NCBI GenBank assembly: GCA_037441845.1
Contig: JBBIRK010000004.1
Coordinates: 32,001-96,000 of the forward strand
Direction of reading: 5' to 3'
Length of the DNA stretch: 64,000 bases
From: Candidatus Zixiibacteriota bacterium
GTDB lineage: Bacteria; Zixibacteria; MSB-5A5; UBA10806; 4484-95
A program made the translations under genes and the position numbers. The number at the start of each line of letters is the position of its first letter. The first letter of the stretch is position 1. Shown here piece after piece: positions 8,522-18,962 of this stretch. Below the pieces are notes generated by a model, which saw only the letters and a list, made by a program, of their open reading frames with translations, ran no database searches and had not been told where the DNA came from.

Positions 8522-9703
8522 TCACTCCGGCCAGAAGTGCACTGTCCCTTTAGTCGAATCCTCGTCGTCATCGTAAATCCAGAGAGTATCTATAGCCGCC
8601 GAGTCACTTGCCGGCCATACGTTCTGCTGGGCGTAAAAATCGCTGGTATCGAGATTGATCACGCACCAACCATCGGAGGGCGAGAATTCGAAGCTGTTAT
8701 CTCCGGGCAGATTGGGACCGGACGTCTGGCCGAGGAAAATTTGCGATCCTAACGTAACGAGCACGCCCGCAGAATCGATGGTTTCGAAAACGCTTTGCTG
8801 GATCAATGCGTATCCGTTTTGAGTCGAAACGAATCCGATTTTGCAGTTATCGATTCGGCTTTGATAGAGCTGTATCTGATTCGAGCGGCGCGGATTGGAC
8901 CTTGCCGCCACGCCGATATAGCACTGGGTCACCCGGCATCCGAGAACAGTTAGTTCGAAATTGCTCAGCGTGTCAATATTCGGGGAAAAGGTGATCCCTA
9001 CGCCGGTTATCGTTCCCCCGATTACGGTCAGACTTTCCACCGCGCTCAGATTGTTGCGCAGTAGGATTGCCGGACCGGCGATGTCGATGCCGGTCGGCGC
9101 CAGAATTCGGGTCGAATCAATTCCTTTCCCCAAAATAGTTATTCGATAAGGCGGAGTAAGCGGCATGACCTCTCCGGTAGCGGTGGAATATGTGCCCGCT
9201 CCGACCACGAGCGTCTGGCCGGTGGTCACCACGCTTAAGCCTTTGGTGATCGTACGGTAGGGATGGAAAATCGTGCCTTTGCCGTGGATATCGTCGCCGA
9301 TCGCTGAATCGACGAAAACGAAATCCGGGTGTACCAGATTGGCCACGGCGCTGCCGAATTTGGTCGTATCGGCGTTACTGCGGGCTCGGATCAGTACGCT
9401 GTCGAAAGTGACCTGATCATAGATGAAAGGCGGATGGTAATAAGCTGAGGTGTCATTTACCGGTGTCAAGTTTCCCAGTGAGTCGTTGCCCGATGGATCA
9501 TCATTTACATACCAGGTAACGGCGCGCTGATTGGTGTTATAAACCAGCGCGACGAACAAGGTGGAATCGCCGAAAGAAACGGTGCGAACCTGAGGAATAA
9601 CCGATACGGAAATGTCTCGGGGACCTTCGTGATCGATACCTTTGTTGTCGCAGCCGATCATGGCGACGACCAACGCCGATGTCAGAAATAATGACCTCTT
9701 CAT
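8522..9703 (-). CDS. Lipoprotein with Ig-like domain plus DUF1565/beta-helix domain
   Basis: Lipobox AMIGC; FVDSAIGDD..GKGT..HPYRTITKGL...GAGTY DUF1565 motif; SD GAAAGGA before ATG 9703. Confidence 0.75.
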   Translation of the reverse strand: MKRSLFLTSALVVAMIGCDNKGIDHEGPRDISVSVIPQVRTVSFGDSTLFVALVYNTNQRAVTWYVNDDPSGNDSLGNLTPVNDTSAYYHPPFIYDQVTFDSVLIRARSNADTTKFGSAVANLVHPDFVFVDSAIGDDIHGKGTIFHPYRTITKGLSVVTTGQTLVVGAGTYSTATGEVMPLTPPYRITILGKGIDSTRILAPTGIDIAGPAILLRNNLSAVESLTVIGGTITGVGITFSPNIDTLSNFELTVLGCRVTQCYIGVAARSNPRRSNQIQLYQSRIDNCKIGFVSTQNGYALIQQSVFETIDSAGVLVTLGSQIFLGQTSGPNLPGDNSFEFSPSDGWCVINLDTSDFYAQQNVWPASDSAAIDTLWIYDDDEDSTKGTVHFWPE

Positions 9704-9856
9704 TTCCATTCCTTTCGAATACAGCCTTACCTCGCCCATGCCGAATTTTCCGGGCGGCTGATACTATTATCCGATTATTTTATCGCCCGATACGGACGAA
9801 TGTTCATATGAAAACGCCGGATTGGCCGATGAATTTTCCGTCGCTCGATCATCCGC

Positions 9857-10438
9857 CTAAAAACGAGGCGTCTTGCCGGCCTTGATATCTTCGATTTGAC
9901 GGCGAACCAGATTCGCCTGAACCGAGTCCGGGGCGACTTTTAGAAATTCCGTCCAAGCGGAAATCGCGCTGTCTGGTTGACCGAGCCCCATCAAGAATAT
10001 AGCCCCTTTGTTGAAATACGCCTGAGACAGGTCCGGCTTGATAGCCAGCGCGCTGTCGAGGTAATCAATTGACTTTTCGAATTGTCCGAGATGGCTGTAC
10101 ATAACCGCGCAATCGGTGAGCACGAAAGGATTGCGCGGATCGAACGCCAGCGCTTTTTCATAGTATTCTATCGATTCGTTCGGGCGGCTTATATCGAAAT
10201 ACAGATTTCCGATTTGAATCATATGCTCGATATTATCGGGTTGCGCCTTCAAGAGGGCTTTCAGGCGTTCGATTTCGTTCAACATCGCAGAGACGGAACG
10301 GCCGCTGGTGTCCGAATCGGAAATCATCGCAGCGCGATGATTATTGTCCAATGGTTTGGGGGTAATGAATAAAATGATCACCGCGGCGCCAACGAACACC
10401 GCGGCGAACAACAACAGCTTTTTTAACGGTTCGGACAT
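9857..10438 (-). CDS. Membrane-anchored TPR protein
   Basis: N-terminal TM helix followed by TPRs (GNLYFDI...YEKALAFDP); likely start MSEPLKK at 10438. Confidence 0.8.
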   Translation of the reverse strand: MSEPLKKLLLFAAVFVGAAVIILFITPKPLDNNHRAAMISDSDTSGRSVSAMLNEIERLKALLKAQPDNIEHMIQIGNLYFDISRPNESIEYYEKALAFDPRNPFVLTDCAVMYSHLGQFEKSIDYLDSALAIKPDLSQAYFNKGAIFLMGLGQPDSAISAWTEFLKVAPDSVQANLVRRQIEDIKAGKTPRF

Positions 10439-10595
10439 CTTCCCCAATCCAGCATATCCGGCATGACGAATTATCGATGAATACCGGTTCGTTGTCAACA
10501 GCAAATTGCCGCCGAAAATCCGGCATGTCAAATGAAACAATGGCAATTGGACCAAAATCACTCCGATTGCCAATCCCGGGAATCGATGTTATATT

Positions 10596-11513
10596 GTGAA
10601 TGGTATGTACAAGTTACAGGGAAGAGTACTGGCGGTGCACGGAAAAAGCTCGGTGCTGCACCATGACGGGCGGATACTGCGGGCCGCTCTTAAAAAAAGT
10701 CTATTGAAAGAAAAACGACAAAGTTCGCCGCTTGCCGCCGGCGACCTCGTGGAGTTTTCTCTCGACCCGACCGCCGTGGCGATAATCGAATCGGTGTTGC
10801 CCCGCTCGAAAACCCTGTCGCGGCCGGACATTCTGAATAAGGGGAAAACCCAGGTGATAGCCGCCAATGTCGATCAGTTGATAATAATCAGCTCGACGGA
10901 TAAGCCCGCGTTCAAGCCCGGATTGATTGATCGCTATCTTGTGATAGCGGAAAAAGAAAAGATCGAGCCGGTCATAATCGTAAACAAGATAGATCTGAGG
11001 GATCCCGCGGAGTTCGCCGGATATTTGGAGGCATGGAAAAAAATACGGTGTAAGGTATATTTCACGTCGGCAAAAAGCGGCGAGGGAGTCGATGCGGTGG
11101 TGGAAGCGCTGAAAGATAAAATTTCGGTGGCCACCGGCCATTCGGGAGTGGGCAAAACCACTTTGATAAACTCGATCGAGCCGAATCTGCGTTTGAAAAC
11201 GCGGGAAATTTCGCAGGCGACTGGTAAGGGGGTGCATACCACCTCGGCGGCCATAATGTATCCTTTGACCGGCGGAGGATGGATTATCGATACTCCTGGG
11301 TTAAAAGTTCTTGACATCAGCACGATCAAGGCGAACAAACTGCAAGACTACTTTCCCGAATTCAATGAGTTTCGAGGCCGATGCCAATTCAGCGATTGTT
11401 CGCATATAAGCGAACCGAATTGTGCGATAAAGCAGGCGGTTGAAAAGGGAAAGATGCCCGAATTCCGTTATCAAAGTTACCTTCGCTTTTGGCGGGAAAT
11501 CGCAGGCCGTTGA
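10596..11513 (+). CDS. rsgA: Ribosome small subunit-dependent GTPase A
   Basis: AANVDQ, NKIDL, GHSGVGKTT, GVHTT, DTPG, and CxFxDCxHxxEPxC zinc finger. Confidence 0.96.
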   Translation: MNGMYKLQGRVLAVHGKSSVLHHDGRILRAALKKSLLKEKRQSSPLAAGDLVEFSLDPTAVAIIESVLPRSKTLSRPDILNKGKTQVIAANVDQLIIISSTDKPAFKPGLIDRYLVIAEKEKIEPVIIVNKIDLRDPAEFAGYLEAWKKIRCKVYFTSAKSGEGVDAVVEALKDKISVATGHSGVGKTTLINSIEPNLRLKTREISQATGKGVHTTSAAIMYPLTGGGWIIDTPGLKVLDISTIKANKLQDYFPEFNEFRGRCQFSDCSHISEPNCAIKQAVEKGKMPEFRYQSYLRFWREIAGR

Positions 11514-11700
11514 TACTGACAGAGGCAGGCGGTTTTTGGCCATGACGGACAACTTACGCCACATTTCCGGTCGCAACGTAACATATTGATTAACAAGAAA
11601 ATATCTTGGGCGGCGTCAATATGCGTGGTCGTTGATTGAACTTATTATATGACAACATGTTAGATTTTTATAAATATTTTGCATAAAAGACAGATTTTCC

Positions 11701-11729
11701 TTGACGCGCCTTATGCAAATTCTTAATTT
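11701..11729 (+). promoter_or_regulatory. Probable sigma-70 promoter of the rpsU operon
   Basis: TTGACG-17 nt-TAATTT with AT-rich upstream sequence. Confidence 0.5.
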
Positions 11730-11795
11730 GTCGAAAGTTAAGTTAAATATGGACAGGTAATCCCAAACCTTAGCCACCGAAAGGGGGTCGAATGC

Positions 11796-12002
11796 GTGAC
11801 TGGTGTTCGTGTCCGAGAGGACGAATCTTTCGAAAAGGCTCTTAAGCGATTCACCAAATCCTGTGAAAAGGCGGGTATTCTGTCAGACATTAAAAAGCAT
11901 CAACATTTCGAAAAGCCTTGCGAGCGCAGGAAACGGAAACAGGCCGCGGCCAGAAGAAAATCGCGCAAGAGAATGCAGGTCGAGCGCAGTGGCAATTTCT
12001 GA
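11796..12002 (+). CDS. rpsU: 30S ribosomal protein S21
   Basis: V.VREDESFEKALKRF...FEKP.ERRKRK. Confidence 0.96.
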   Translation: MTGVRVREDESFEKALKRFTKSCEKAGILSDIKKHQHFEKPCERRKRKQAAARRKSRKRMQVERSGNF

Positions 12003-12435
12003 TGCCATAATCAAAGATCTCGCTCTGGCCATGAAAAGCGGCGATAAGGTAGGCATGAGCGTGCTTCGGATGCTCAAGTCGGATCTTAAATACAAGCAGA
12101 TCGAGCTGGGCCACGAGCTTTCGGACGATGAGTGTATCGCCGTGCTTTCGACCGCCTTGAAGAAACGAAACGAGGCGGTGGAAAGCTTTCAAAAGGCCGG
12201 AAGACAAGACTTGGCCGCCGCAGAGCAGGCTGAAATAGCCGTCATAAGGAAGTACCTGCCCGCGGAGCTCGACGATGCGAGTCTGCTGGCCATGATCCAA
12301 TCCGCCATTGCCGAATGCAAGGCATCGACGCCTGCCGATATCGGAGCGGTGATGAAGATTTTGATGCCTAAAGTAAGAGGGCGGGCTGACGGCCGCAAGG
12401 TGAACGAGTTGGTGCGGAAATCGCTTGGAGGTTGA
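11989..12435 (+). CDS. yqeY: GatB/YqeY domain protein
   Basis: AMKSGDK..SVLRMLKS, YLPAEL, DIGAVMK, GRADG; GTG start at 11989 overlaps rpsU. Confidence 0.92.
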   Translation: MAISDAIIKDLALAMKSGDKVGMSVLRMLKSDLKYKQIELGHELSDDECIAVLSTALKKRNEAVESFQKAGRQDLAAAEQAEIAVIRKYLPAELDDASLLAMIQSAIAECKASTPADIGAVMKILMPKVRGRADGRKVNELVRKSLGG

Positions 12436-12458
12436 AAAGCTTTTTAAGGAGGGGATCC

Positions 12459-13130
12459 TTGAACTGGGTTGATTTTTTTATCATCGTGGTCCTCGTGGTG
12501 GCTTTCGCCAACGGTTATCGACGAGGCGCGTTCAAAGAAATATCGACTTTCATAGGATTGATACTAACGATCGTGTTGGCGGTCTATTACGCCGATTGGC
12601 TCTCCGCCAAAGGTGCGGGCAGATTCAATTTTTCCCCGAGCCTGGTTTATCTTATCAGTTTCGTGGTGATCTTTTTGATTTCGCAGGTGTTGCTGAAGCT
12701 GCTCGGGCATTTATTCTACAAGATGGTGAAAATCACGCCGCTGAAAAAGTACGATAAGATGATCGGCGGGGGGTTCGGATTGCTCAAGGGTACTTTGGTC
12801 TTATCATTGCTTTTTTTGATGTTCATTTTCTTTCCCGGATTTCACTCGTTCAACGGCGCAATCGACAGGTCGAGCATGGCTCCCGTTTTTCGCAAAATAG
12901 TCCCGATCACCTATGATGTGGGCATGCAGCTTCATCCTTCGCATTCCAAGTTCGTGCCCGAGGTGAAAAGCGGAATACTCGGGTCCAAGGCCGATGCTTA
13001 CGCCGAGGATCCCGAAGAATTTCTGGAGAGAAACGAGCTTCTGGGGATGACCAGTGACGATGTCACAGTGCTGAACAGCGTCGATAGGTATTTCGGCAGT
13101 CAAACCGAACTTGCCAAAGGATCGGAATAG
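12459..13130 (+). CDS. cvpA: CvpA family membrane protein
   Basis: NWVD...GYRRGAFKE, DKMIGGGFGLLKG; SD AAGGAGG before TTG 12459. Confidence 0.85.
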   Translation: MNWVDFFIIVVLVVAFANGYRRGAFKEISTFIGLILTIVLAVYYADWLSAKGAGRFNFSPSLVYLISFVVIFLISQVLLKLLGHLFYKMVKITPLKKYDKMIGGGFGLLKGTLVLSLLFLMFIFFPGFHSFNGAIDRSSMAPVFRKIVPITYDVGMQLHPSHSKFVPEVKSGILGSKADAYAEDPEEFLERNELLGMTSDDVTVLNSVDRYFGSQTELAKGSE

Positions 13131-13171
13131 GGCGGAGACGGCGGCCGGGGAGGGCCTGTTTATTTGAGACC

Positions 13172-15514
13172 ATGAATTCCCATGCTTTGAAGGTGCTGGA
13201 GTACGACTGGATAGTTCAGCGGCTCCACGACCTTTGTTTCTGCAATCCGGCGAAACGAATCACGATCGAACCTCTGACCGAAACCGCGATAATTGAAAGC
13301 AACCTCGATTGTCTGGCCGAAATGATCGAGCTTTATCAAGCAGATGGAGGACCGCCGTCATTGGTGTTCGATGACGTCGATAGGATCGCCGAGAAGGCGG
13401 CATCAAGCGGTGAAGTTCTCGAGCCGGTGGAATTGGCGAAAATCGGAGAATTCCTGAGCGTGACGAAAGGTTTCGTTCAGCTCGATAGAAGATATGTCAA
13501 TCTGAAACGCCTGACGGGAAGTCTTCATTATAACGAGGAGCTCGATCAGGCGATCCAGAATTCGATAAAACCGCCCGACGAAATCAAAGACGGAGCCACG
13601 CCCGAACTTCGTCGAATCCGGCGGGCGATCGCCCAATCGAGGGAGCGGATCGAAACCAGATTCGCCGAATATCTGAATTCGAGTATGTCAAGCCATCTTT
13701 CCGACAACGTTTATACGATCCGGGACGGCCGATACGTGTTGCCGGTGAAAGAAGGTTCCAGATCGAGAATAAAAGGGATTATCCACGATCGCTCCTCGAC
13801 AGGCGCCACCTATTTTATCGAACCGATAGAAGCGATCGAGCAGAACAACCAGCTTCGGGAATTATTGAGCGCGGAAAAACAGGAAATTTATCGGATTCTG
13901 CGTCGGCTCACCGACGAGGTGTGCGGCTATATCGAGACTCTTAAGGAAAACGTCAGGATCCTATCGGGAATCGATATGCTTTCGGCCAAGGCGCGATTCG
14001 CCATTCAATTGAATTGTGTCAGGCCGATTTTGAGCCGAGAGCGCATTATCGAGATCAAATCCGGTTATCATCCTATTCTGCGGTGGCGGGAGCGATGCGG
14101 TGACGGGTCGACGACGGTTCCGCTGGATTTCAGCCTGGGGCGCGGTTTTACCACGATGGTGATCACCGGTCCCAACACCGGCGGCAAGACCGTGGCTTTG
14201 AAAACGGTCGGTTTGCTTTGTTTGATGGCGCAATCGGCGATGTATGTGCCGGCCGGCGATGGTTCGACTTTCGGGGTATTCGAGAACATTTACGCGGATA
14301 TAGGTGACGAGCAATCGCTCGAGACTTCACTGTCGACTTTTTCGGCACACCTGCAAAATATACTCGAGGCGTTAAGAGAAGCCGACAGCGGCTGTCTGGT
14401 TTTGCTCGACGAACTCGGTGCGGGGACCGATCCCGACGAAGGTTCCGCGCTGGGTCAGGCCATAATAGAAAATCTGACGCAAAGGGCCGTCTGCACGGTG
14501 GTAACCACTCATCACGGGCGTCTCAAGGCGCTGGCGGTTAGTCTGAATGGAGTCACCAACGGCTCGCTCGAATTCGATAAGGAGAATCTGCGGCCGACCT
14601 ATAAATTCCGTCAGGGATTGCCGGGATTGTCTTATGCGTTGCAAACGGCTCGCAAGCTCGGGTTATCGGAAGAAATCGCGGCGAGGGCGGAAAACCTGAT
14701 CGATCCGTCCGAAAGGAATCTATCTGCGGTGATCGCCGAGCTGTCGGACAAACTCAGGAAAATAGACGAGCAGCTGGAAGACGCCTCGCGCAGCCGACTG
14801 GCTTATGAATCGCTGGCGAAGATATACGCCGAAAAAATCGATTCGTTCGAGAAGCAGAAAAAGGAGATAAAAAAAAATTCTGTCGTGAAAGCGGAACAGG
14901 CTGTGCGGCAAGCGCGCGCGGAAATCGATGCGCTGATCGCCGAAGCCAAATCGTCAGCGAAAAAAATGGAAGCCCTGAGAGATGCCCGCCGAGCGGCGGA
15001 TAAGAAAATCGAGGAATTGCAAAAGACGGCGGACAGTCTGGAGCCTGAAACGCGCGGAAATGTGCCCCATGGTTTGCCCGGTGAGCGGGTATTTTTAAGA
15101 GAAATGAACGCGGTCGGCGAAATAATCGAAAAGGCAGATCGCGATGGGCGGGTGAAGGTGCGGATCGGAAAAGTGACGCTGGTAACCGACCTGGCGAAAC
15201 TGACGCTTAAAGCAGAAGCTGCGCCGGATCCGGCCGGCGGATATCGTTTCGACGCCGAGATAACACCTTCTCTCGAATTGGATTTGCGCGGCTTGACTTT
15301 CGACGAGGCCCAGCCGGTGCTTGACAAATACCTCGATGACGTTTACCTTGCCGGACTCGACAGCGTCACCATAATTCATGGCAAAGGTACCGGAGCTCTG
15401 AAGACCAAAATTCATCAGCACCTGAAAGGGCACAGCCGAGTGAAATCGTTCCGTCTGGGCAATTGGGACGAAGGTTCCTATGGTGTTACTATCGTGGAAA
15501 TGATGAAGAGTTGA
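13172..15514 (+). CDS. mutS2: Endonuclease MutS2
   Basis: ITGPNTGGKT, DIGDEQS, LLDELGAGTDPDEG, C-terminal Smr IIHGKGTG. Confidence 0.96.
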   Translation: MNSHALKVLEYDWIVQRLHDLCFCNPAKRITIEPLTETAIIESNLDCLAEMIELYQADGGPPSLVFDDVDRIAEKAASSGEVLEPVELAKIGEFLSVTKGFVQLDRRYVNLKRLTGSLHYNEELDQAIQNSIKPPDEIKDGATPELRRIRRAIAQSRERIETRFAEYLNSSMSSHLSDNVYTIRDGRYVLPVKEGSRSRIKGIIHDRSSTGATYFIEPIEAIEQNNQLRELLSAEKQEIYRILRRLTDEVCGYIETLKENVRILSGIDMLSAKARFAIQLNCVRPILSRERIIEIKSGYHPILRWRERCGDGSTTVPLDFSLGRGFTTMVITGPNTGGKTVALKTVGLLCLMAQSAMYVPAGDGSTFGVFENIYADIGDEQSLETSLSTFSAHLQNILEALREADSGCLVLLDELGAGTDPDEGSALGQAIIENLTQRAVCTVVTTHHGRLKALAVSLNGVTNGSLEFDKENLRPTYKFRQGLPGLSYALQTARKLGLSEEIAARAENLIDPSERNLSAVIAELSDKLRKIDEQLEDASRSRLAYESLAKIYAEKIDSFEKQKKEIKKNSVVKAEQAVRQARAEIDALIAEAKSSAKKMEALRDARRAADKKIEELQKTADSLEPETRGNVPHGLPGERVFLREMNAVGEIIEKADRDGRVKVRIGKVTLVTDLAKLTLKAEAAPDPAGGYRFDAEITPSLELDLRGLTFDEAQPVLDKYLDDVYLAGLDSVTIIHGKGTGALKTKIHQHLKGHSRVKSFRLGNWDEGSYGVTIVEMMKS

Positions 15515-15515
15515 A

Positions 15516-17258
15516 ATGGCCGGATATATTCCACAAGAGACGGTCGAAAGAATCAAGAGCGACACCGACATCGTCGATCTGATTTCGGAATACGTGAATC
15601 TTAAAAAGACGGGCAAAGATTTTCTGGGGTTATGTCCGTTTCATCGGGAGAAAACCCCATCGTTTACGGTGGTTCCAAGCAAAGGATTCTTTTATTGTTT
15701 CGGCTGCGGCGCCTCCGGCAACGCCGTTAATTTCATAATGCGGCACGAAAATCTCGAATACGCCGAGGCGTTGCGTTTTCTGGCGCGTCGGGCGGGCATC
15801 GTAATCCCCGAAAAACATCGGCCCGAGCAACAATCTTACGCCGGCAGATTGTATCAAGCTGTCGAATATGCCGGAGCTTTTTTCAAAAAGGCGCTACGCA
15901 ATTCGCCGGCAATCGGATATTTGAAGAATCGCGGCATAAACGACGAAACCAGGGAAGAACTCGGGATCGGGTACGCTCCGGATGGCTGGGATAACCTGCT
16001 TTCGGCGATTCTTAAAGATAAGCTTTCGCCTGATTTGTTTTTCGAGGCTGGTTTGCTGGTCAAAAAGGAAGGCAAGCCCGGTGATTATTACGACAAATTC
16101 CGCAATCGTCTGATTTTCCCGATCCGCAATCTGTCGGGACGAGTGATCGGTTTCGGCGGCAGGGCATTAAGCGATCAGGAAGGGCCGAAGTATTTGAATT
16201 CGCCGGAGACCGCCATATACCATAAGGGTTCGGTCCTTTACGGTCTCAATCATACCAAGAACCATATACGCGAAACCAGCGAGGCGATCGTTCTCGAAGG
16301 ATATTTCGATTTCGCCACGACCTATCAGGCGGGCTTGAAAAATATCGTGGCCGTATCCGGCACGGGATTCACGCCCAATCAGGCGAATCTTCTGGCGAGG
16401 TTCTGCGAAAAAGTTATTTTGCTTTACGACGGCGATTCCGCCGGCATGAAAGCCACGCTGCGGGCGGTCGAAACTCTTTATAACGCCGGTCTGGAACCGT
16501 ATATAGTGCGTCTTCCAGATGGTGCCGACCCGGACGGATTTATCCGCAAAAACGGGGTAGAGGCGCTGAAATCGCTTCTGGATGAAGCCGACGGATATAT
16601 CGATTTCGTCAAGCGCTCTTTGCCTGACGAATTCGCGAGGCTGCCGATAACGAGGCAGGAAAAGATCATAAGCTCGCTGGCGGAAAACGCCCGCGGGATC
16701 GGCGACACGTTCAAGCATGATTTGTTCGTGCGTAAAGTGATCGAGACATTCGGTCTTCCCGAGTCCGCTGCGATCCGTTTCGCCAAGCAGCCGGCGGCGC
16801 CGCAAACACCGGTTAATCAGCAGGAGCTGACGGGAAGGGCGAAATTCGAGAGCCTATATCTTGGGTTTCTGCTGAATCATCCCGGTTTTCTGCCGGAAAG
16901 CATTAGGCTGATCCGCAGCGAATACTTTAGCGACGAAGTCAACAGGAAAATTTATGATAAACTGAAGGAAGAGGAACAAAATGAATTTACGATCGGTGAT
17001 TTTCTCGAAAAATTCCCCGAGAGCGATGCCCGCCGAAGGGTGACCGAGATCATATTAAGGGATACCGCCGGGGCGCCCCCCGATACGCTGTTCGATGAAT
17101 TCGTGCGCAAATTTCGAACGTTTCTCAATCAGGATCGTTTAACGGCGCTCCGGGCCGAGATCTTACAGGCGGAAAAAGCGGGGCAGAACGAAAAGCTCGA
17201 ACAACTTACCCGAGCATATCTTGACATTCAAAATGCCGCAAAAGGAAAGGCAAAGTAA
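15516..17258 (+). CDS. dnaG: DNA primase
   Basis: CPFH.EKTPSF...CFGC zinc finger, KYLNSPET, EGYFD, YDGDSAG. Confidence 0.97.
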   Translation: MAGYIPQETVERIKSDTDIVDLISEYVNLKKTGKDFLGLCPFHREKTPSFTVVPSKGFFYCFGCGASGNAVNFIMRHENLEYAEALRFLARRAGIVIPEKHRPEQQSYAGRLYQAVEYAGAFFKKALRNSPAIGYLKNRGINDETREELGIGYAPDGWDNLLSAILKDKLSPDLFFEAGLLVKKEGKPGDYYDKFRNRLIFPIRNLSGRVIGFGGRALSDQEGPKYLNSPETAIYHKGSVLYGLNHTKNHIRETSEAIVLEGYFDFATTYQAGLKNIVAVSGTGFTPNQANLLARFCEKVILLYDGDSAGMKATLRAVETLYNAGLEPYIVRLPDGADPDGFIRKNGVEALKSLLDEADGYIDFVKRSLPDEFARLPITRQEKIISSLAENARGIGDTFKHDLFVRKVIETFGLPESAAIRFAKQPAAPQTPVNQQELTGRAKFESLYLGFLLNHPGFLPESIRLIRSEYFSDEVNRKIYDKLKEEEQNEFTIGDFLEKFPESDARRRVTEIILRDTAGAPPDTLFDEFVRKFRTFLNQDRLTALRAEILQAEKAGQNEKLEQLTRAYLDIQNAAKGKAK

Positions 17259-18722
17259 ATGCCCGATAATATGGAGTCAGATAAGAACAGAATCAAAATC
17301 GATCGTGCAGTTGATGAGGTCGAATTCAACGCCGGCGATCCGGACGATACGGACGATAAGAATGAGCGCGAAACGAACGACGGCAGCGGCGACGCCGCCT
17401 GGGCGTATTTCCGCGACCTCGGGCGATTCAAAATACTCACCAGAGAACAAGAGGTGACGCTTGCCCGAAGAATCGAGAAGCACAAGAAGGGAATAAAGGA
17501 GATCATATTTTCTTCGCTGGCGGTGTTGAATCGTCTGCTGGAATGTCAGCAGAAACTGCTGAACAAGGAAATCCGGCTCGAAGATATCGTCTCCCCGGAA
17601 ACCTGCCGTTGGTTCGCCCCGGAAAATATCAAGCGGGAAAAAGCCAACGTCATCAATCGGCTGAACCGTATATCCAAGATGGTCGATTCGGCCGGAAAGC
17701 TGATCTCCGAGATCAATCCGTCGGGTCTCGATGCGTATCTTGTCAATCGACAGGAAGAGCGCAAGAAGCTGATGGCGGAAATCGAGAAATTCAATTTCAA
17801 TCTCGAATTTCTCGAAGACCTGTTGCGGGTATTCAAGAACAACAACACCAACGGCCGCAGGTTCCATCGTCCGCAGACCAGCATACCGCAGCTGGCCGGG
17901 GTAGAACCGTCTTCTTATCTATTCGCCGAGGAATTGCCGATAGATGAGCTGGAGAAAGTGATCAAGCGGCTCGGATTTTACGAACGCGAACTTGCCCGGA
18001 ACAAACGGATCATGATCGAGGCGAATATGCGGCTGGTCATTTCGATCGCCCGCAAATATATAGGACGCGGCATGGAGTTCATGGATCTGGTGCAGGAGGG
18101 TAATTCCGGGCTGGTGAAAGCGGTAGATAAGTTCGACTACCGCAAGGGATTCAAGTTCGGGACTTACGCATCGTGGTGGATACGTCAGGCGATCACCAGA
18201 GCGCTGGCCGAGCAAGCCCGCACCATCAGAACCCCGATGTATCTCAACAGCCAATACGGCCGTGTGGCGAAAGTATCGCAATCTCTTTTCCAGAAACTCG
18301 GCAGAAAACCCGATCTGGGGGAAATTTCGCAGGAAACGGGTCTGCCGATAGATAAGGTCGAGGATATTATCGGCATGATTCCCCAGACCGTGTCGCTATC
18401 GAAACCGCTCGGCGATGACGAGGAAAATCAGATGCTGAATCTTATCGCCGATCCGCAGTTTTCCACACCGTCGGGCAAAGCCTCGTTCGTTTATCTACAG
18501 GACCAACTCGAACGGGTGCTCGATTCATTGACCGATCGCGAAGAACAGGTGATTCGGCTGCGGTTCGGCATGGTCGATGGGATGCCGCGCACACTCGAGG
18601 AAGTGGGCTTGATTTTCAACTTGACGCGTGAGCGGATCCGTCAGATCGAGGCCAAGGCGCTGCGGAAACTCCGGCATCGGTCACGAGCGGACAAGCTTCG
18701 GGATTGCGTGGATCTGCTTTAG
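17259..18722 (+). CDS. rpoD: RNA polymerase sigma-70 factor (RpoD position)
   Basis: ANMRLVISIARKY, DLVQEGN.GL.KAVDKFD, WWIRQAI, TLEEVG..F.LTRERIRQIE; immediately follows dnaG. Confidence 0.9.
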   Translation: MPDNMESDKNRIKIDRAVDEVEFNAGDPDDTDDKNERETNDGSGDAAWAYFRDLGRFKILTREQEVTLARRIEKHKKGIKEIIFSSLAVLNRLLECQQKLLNKEIRLEDIVSPETCRWFAPENIKREKANVINRLNRISKMVDSAGKLISEINPSGLDAYLVNRQEERKKLMAEIEKFNFNLEFLEDLLRVFKNNNTNGRRFHRPQTSIPQLAGVEPSSYLFAEELPIDELEKVIKRLGFYERELARNKRIMIEANMRLVISIARKYIGRGMEFMDLVQEGNSGLVKAVDKFDYRKGFKFGTYASWWIRQAITRALAEQARTIRTPMYLNSQYGRVAKVSQSLFQKLGRKPDLGEISQETGLPIDKVEDIIGMIPQTVSLSKPLGDDEENQMLNLIADPQFSTPSGKASFVYLQDQLERVLDSLTDREEQVIRLRFGMVDGMPRTLEEVGLIFNLTRERIRQIEAKALRKLRHRSRADKLRDCVDLL

Positions 18723-18899
18723 ACAGTAAGAATCCGCCGGAAAAAACGCGGCATCGGACACGTGCCTCCATGGAAATACATCAGGGGTAATAAGGATTAG
18801 CGGACGATTCAGGGAAGGTTATACCGCACAATCGAGTGTGATCCGGAACGGCCGATTCGCCCGTTCGATTCATGGTTCATATAAATGCCTGAATTTTCA

Positions 18900-18926
18900 T
18901 GGAACCTCGCCGCGCAAATTCCGTAA
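18900..18926 (+). promoter_or_regulatory. ECF sigma-factor-type promoter
   Basis: tGGAAC-16 nt-CGTAA, the AAC/CGT pattern of SigW/SigE-like promoters, about 37 nt before the next gene. Confidence 0.55.
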
Positions 18927-18962
18927 CTAAAATGAAGTAAATATCCGGCCGCAGAAGGAAAG

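Noticed and set aside
11803..11988. Long overlap of yqeY with rpsU
   Set aside because: YqeY similarity starts at GTG 11989; the extension is an ORF-caller artefact.
18723..18899. Possible tRNA or ncRNA downstream of rpoD
   Set aside because: No cloverleaf or T-arm signature and no recognisable RNA motif.
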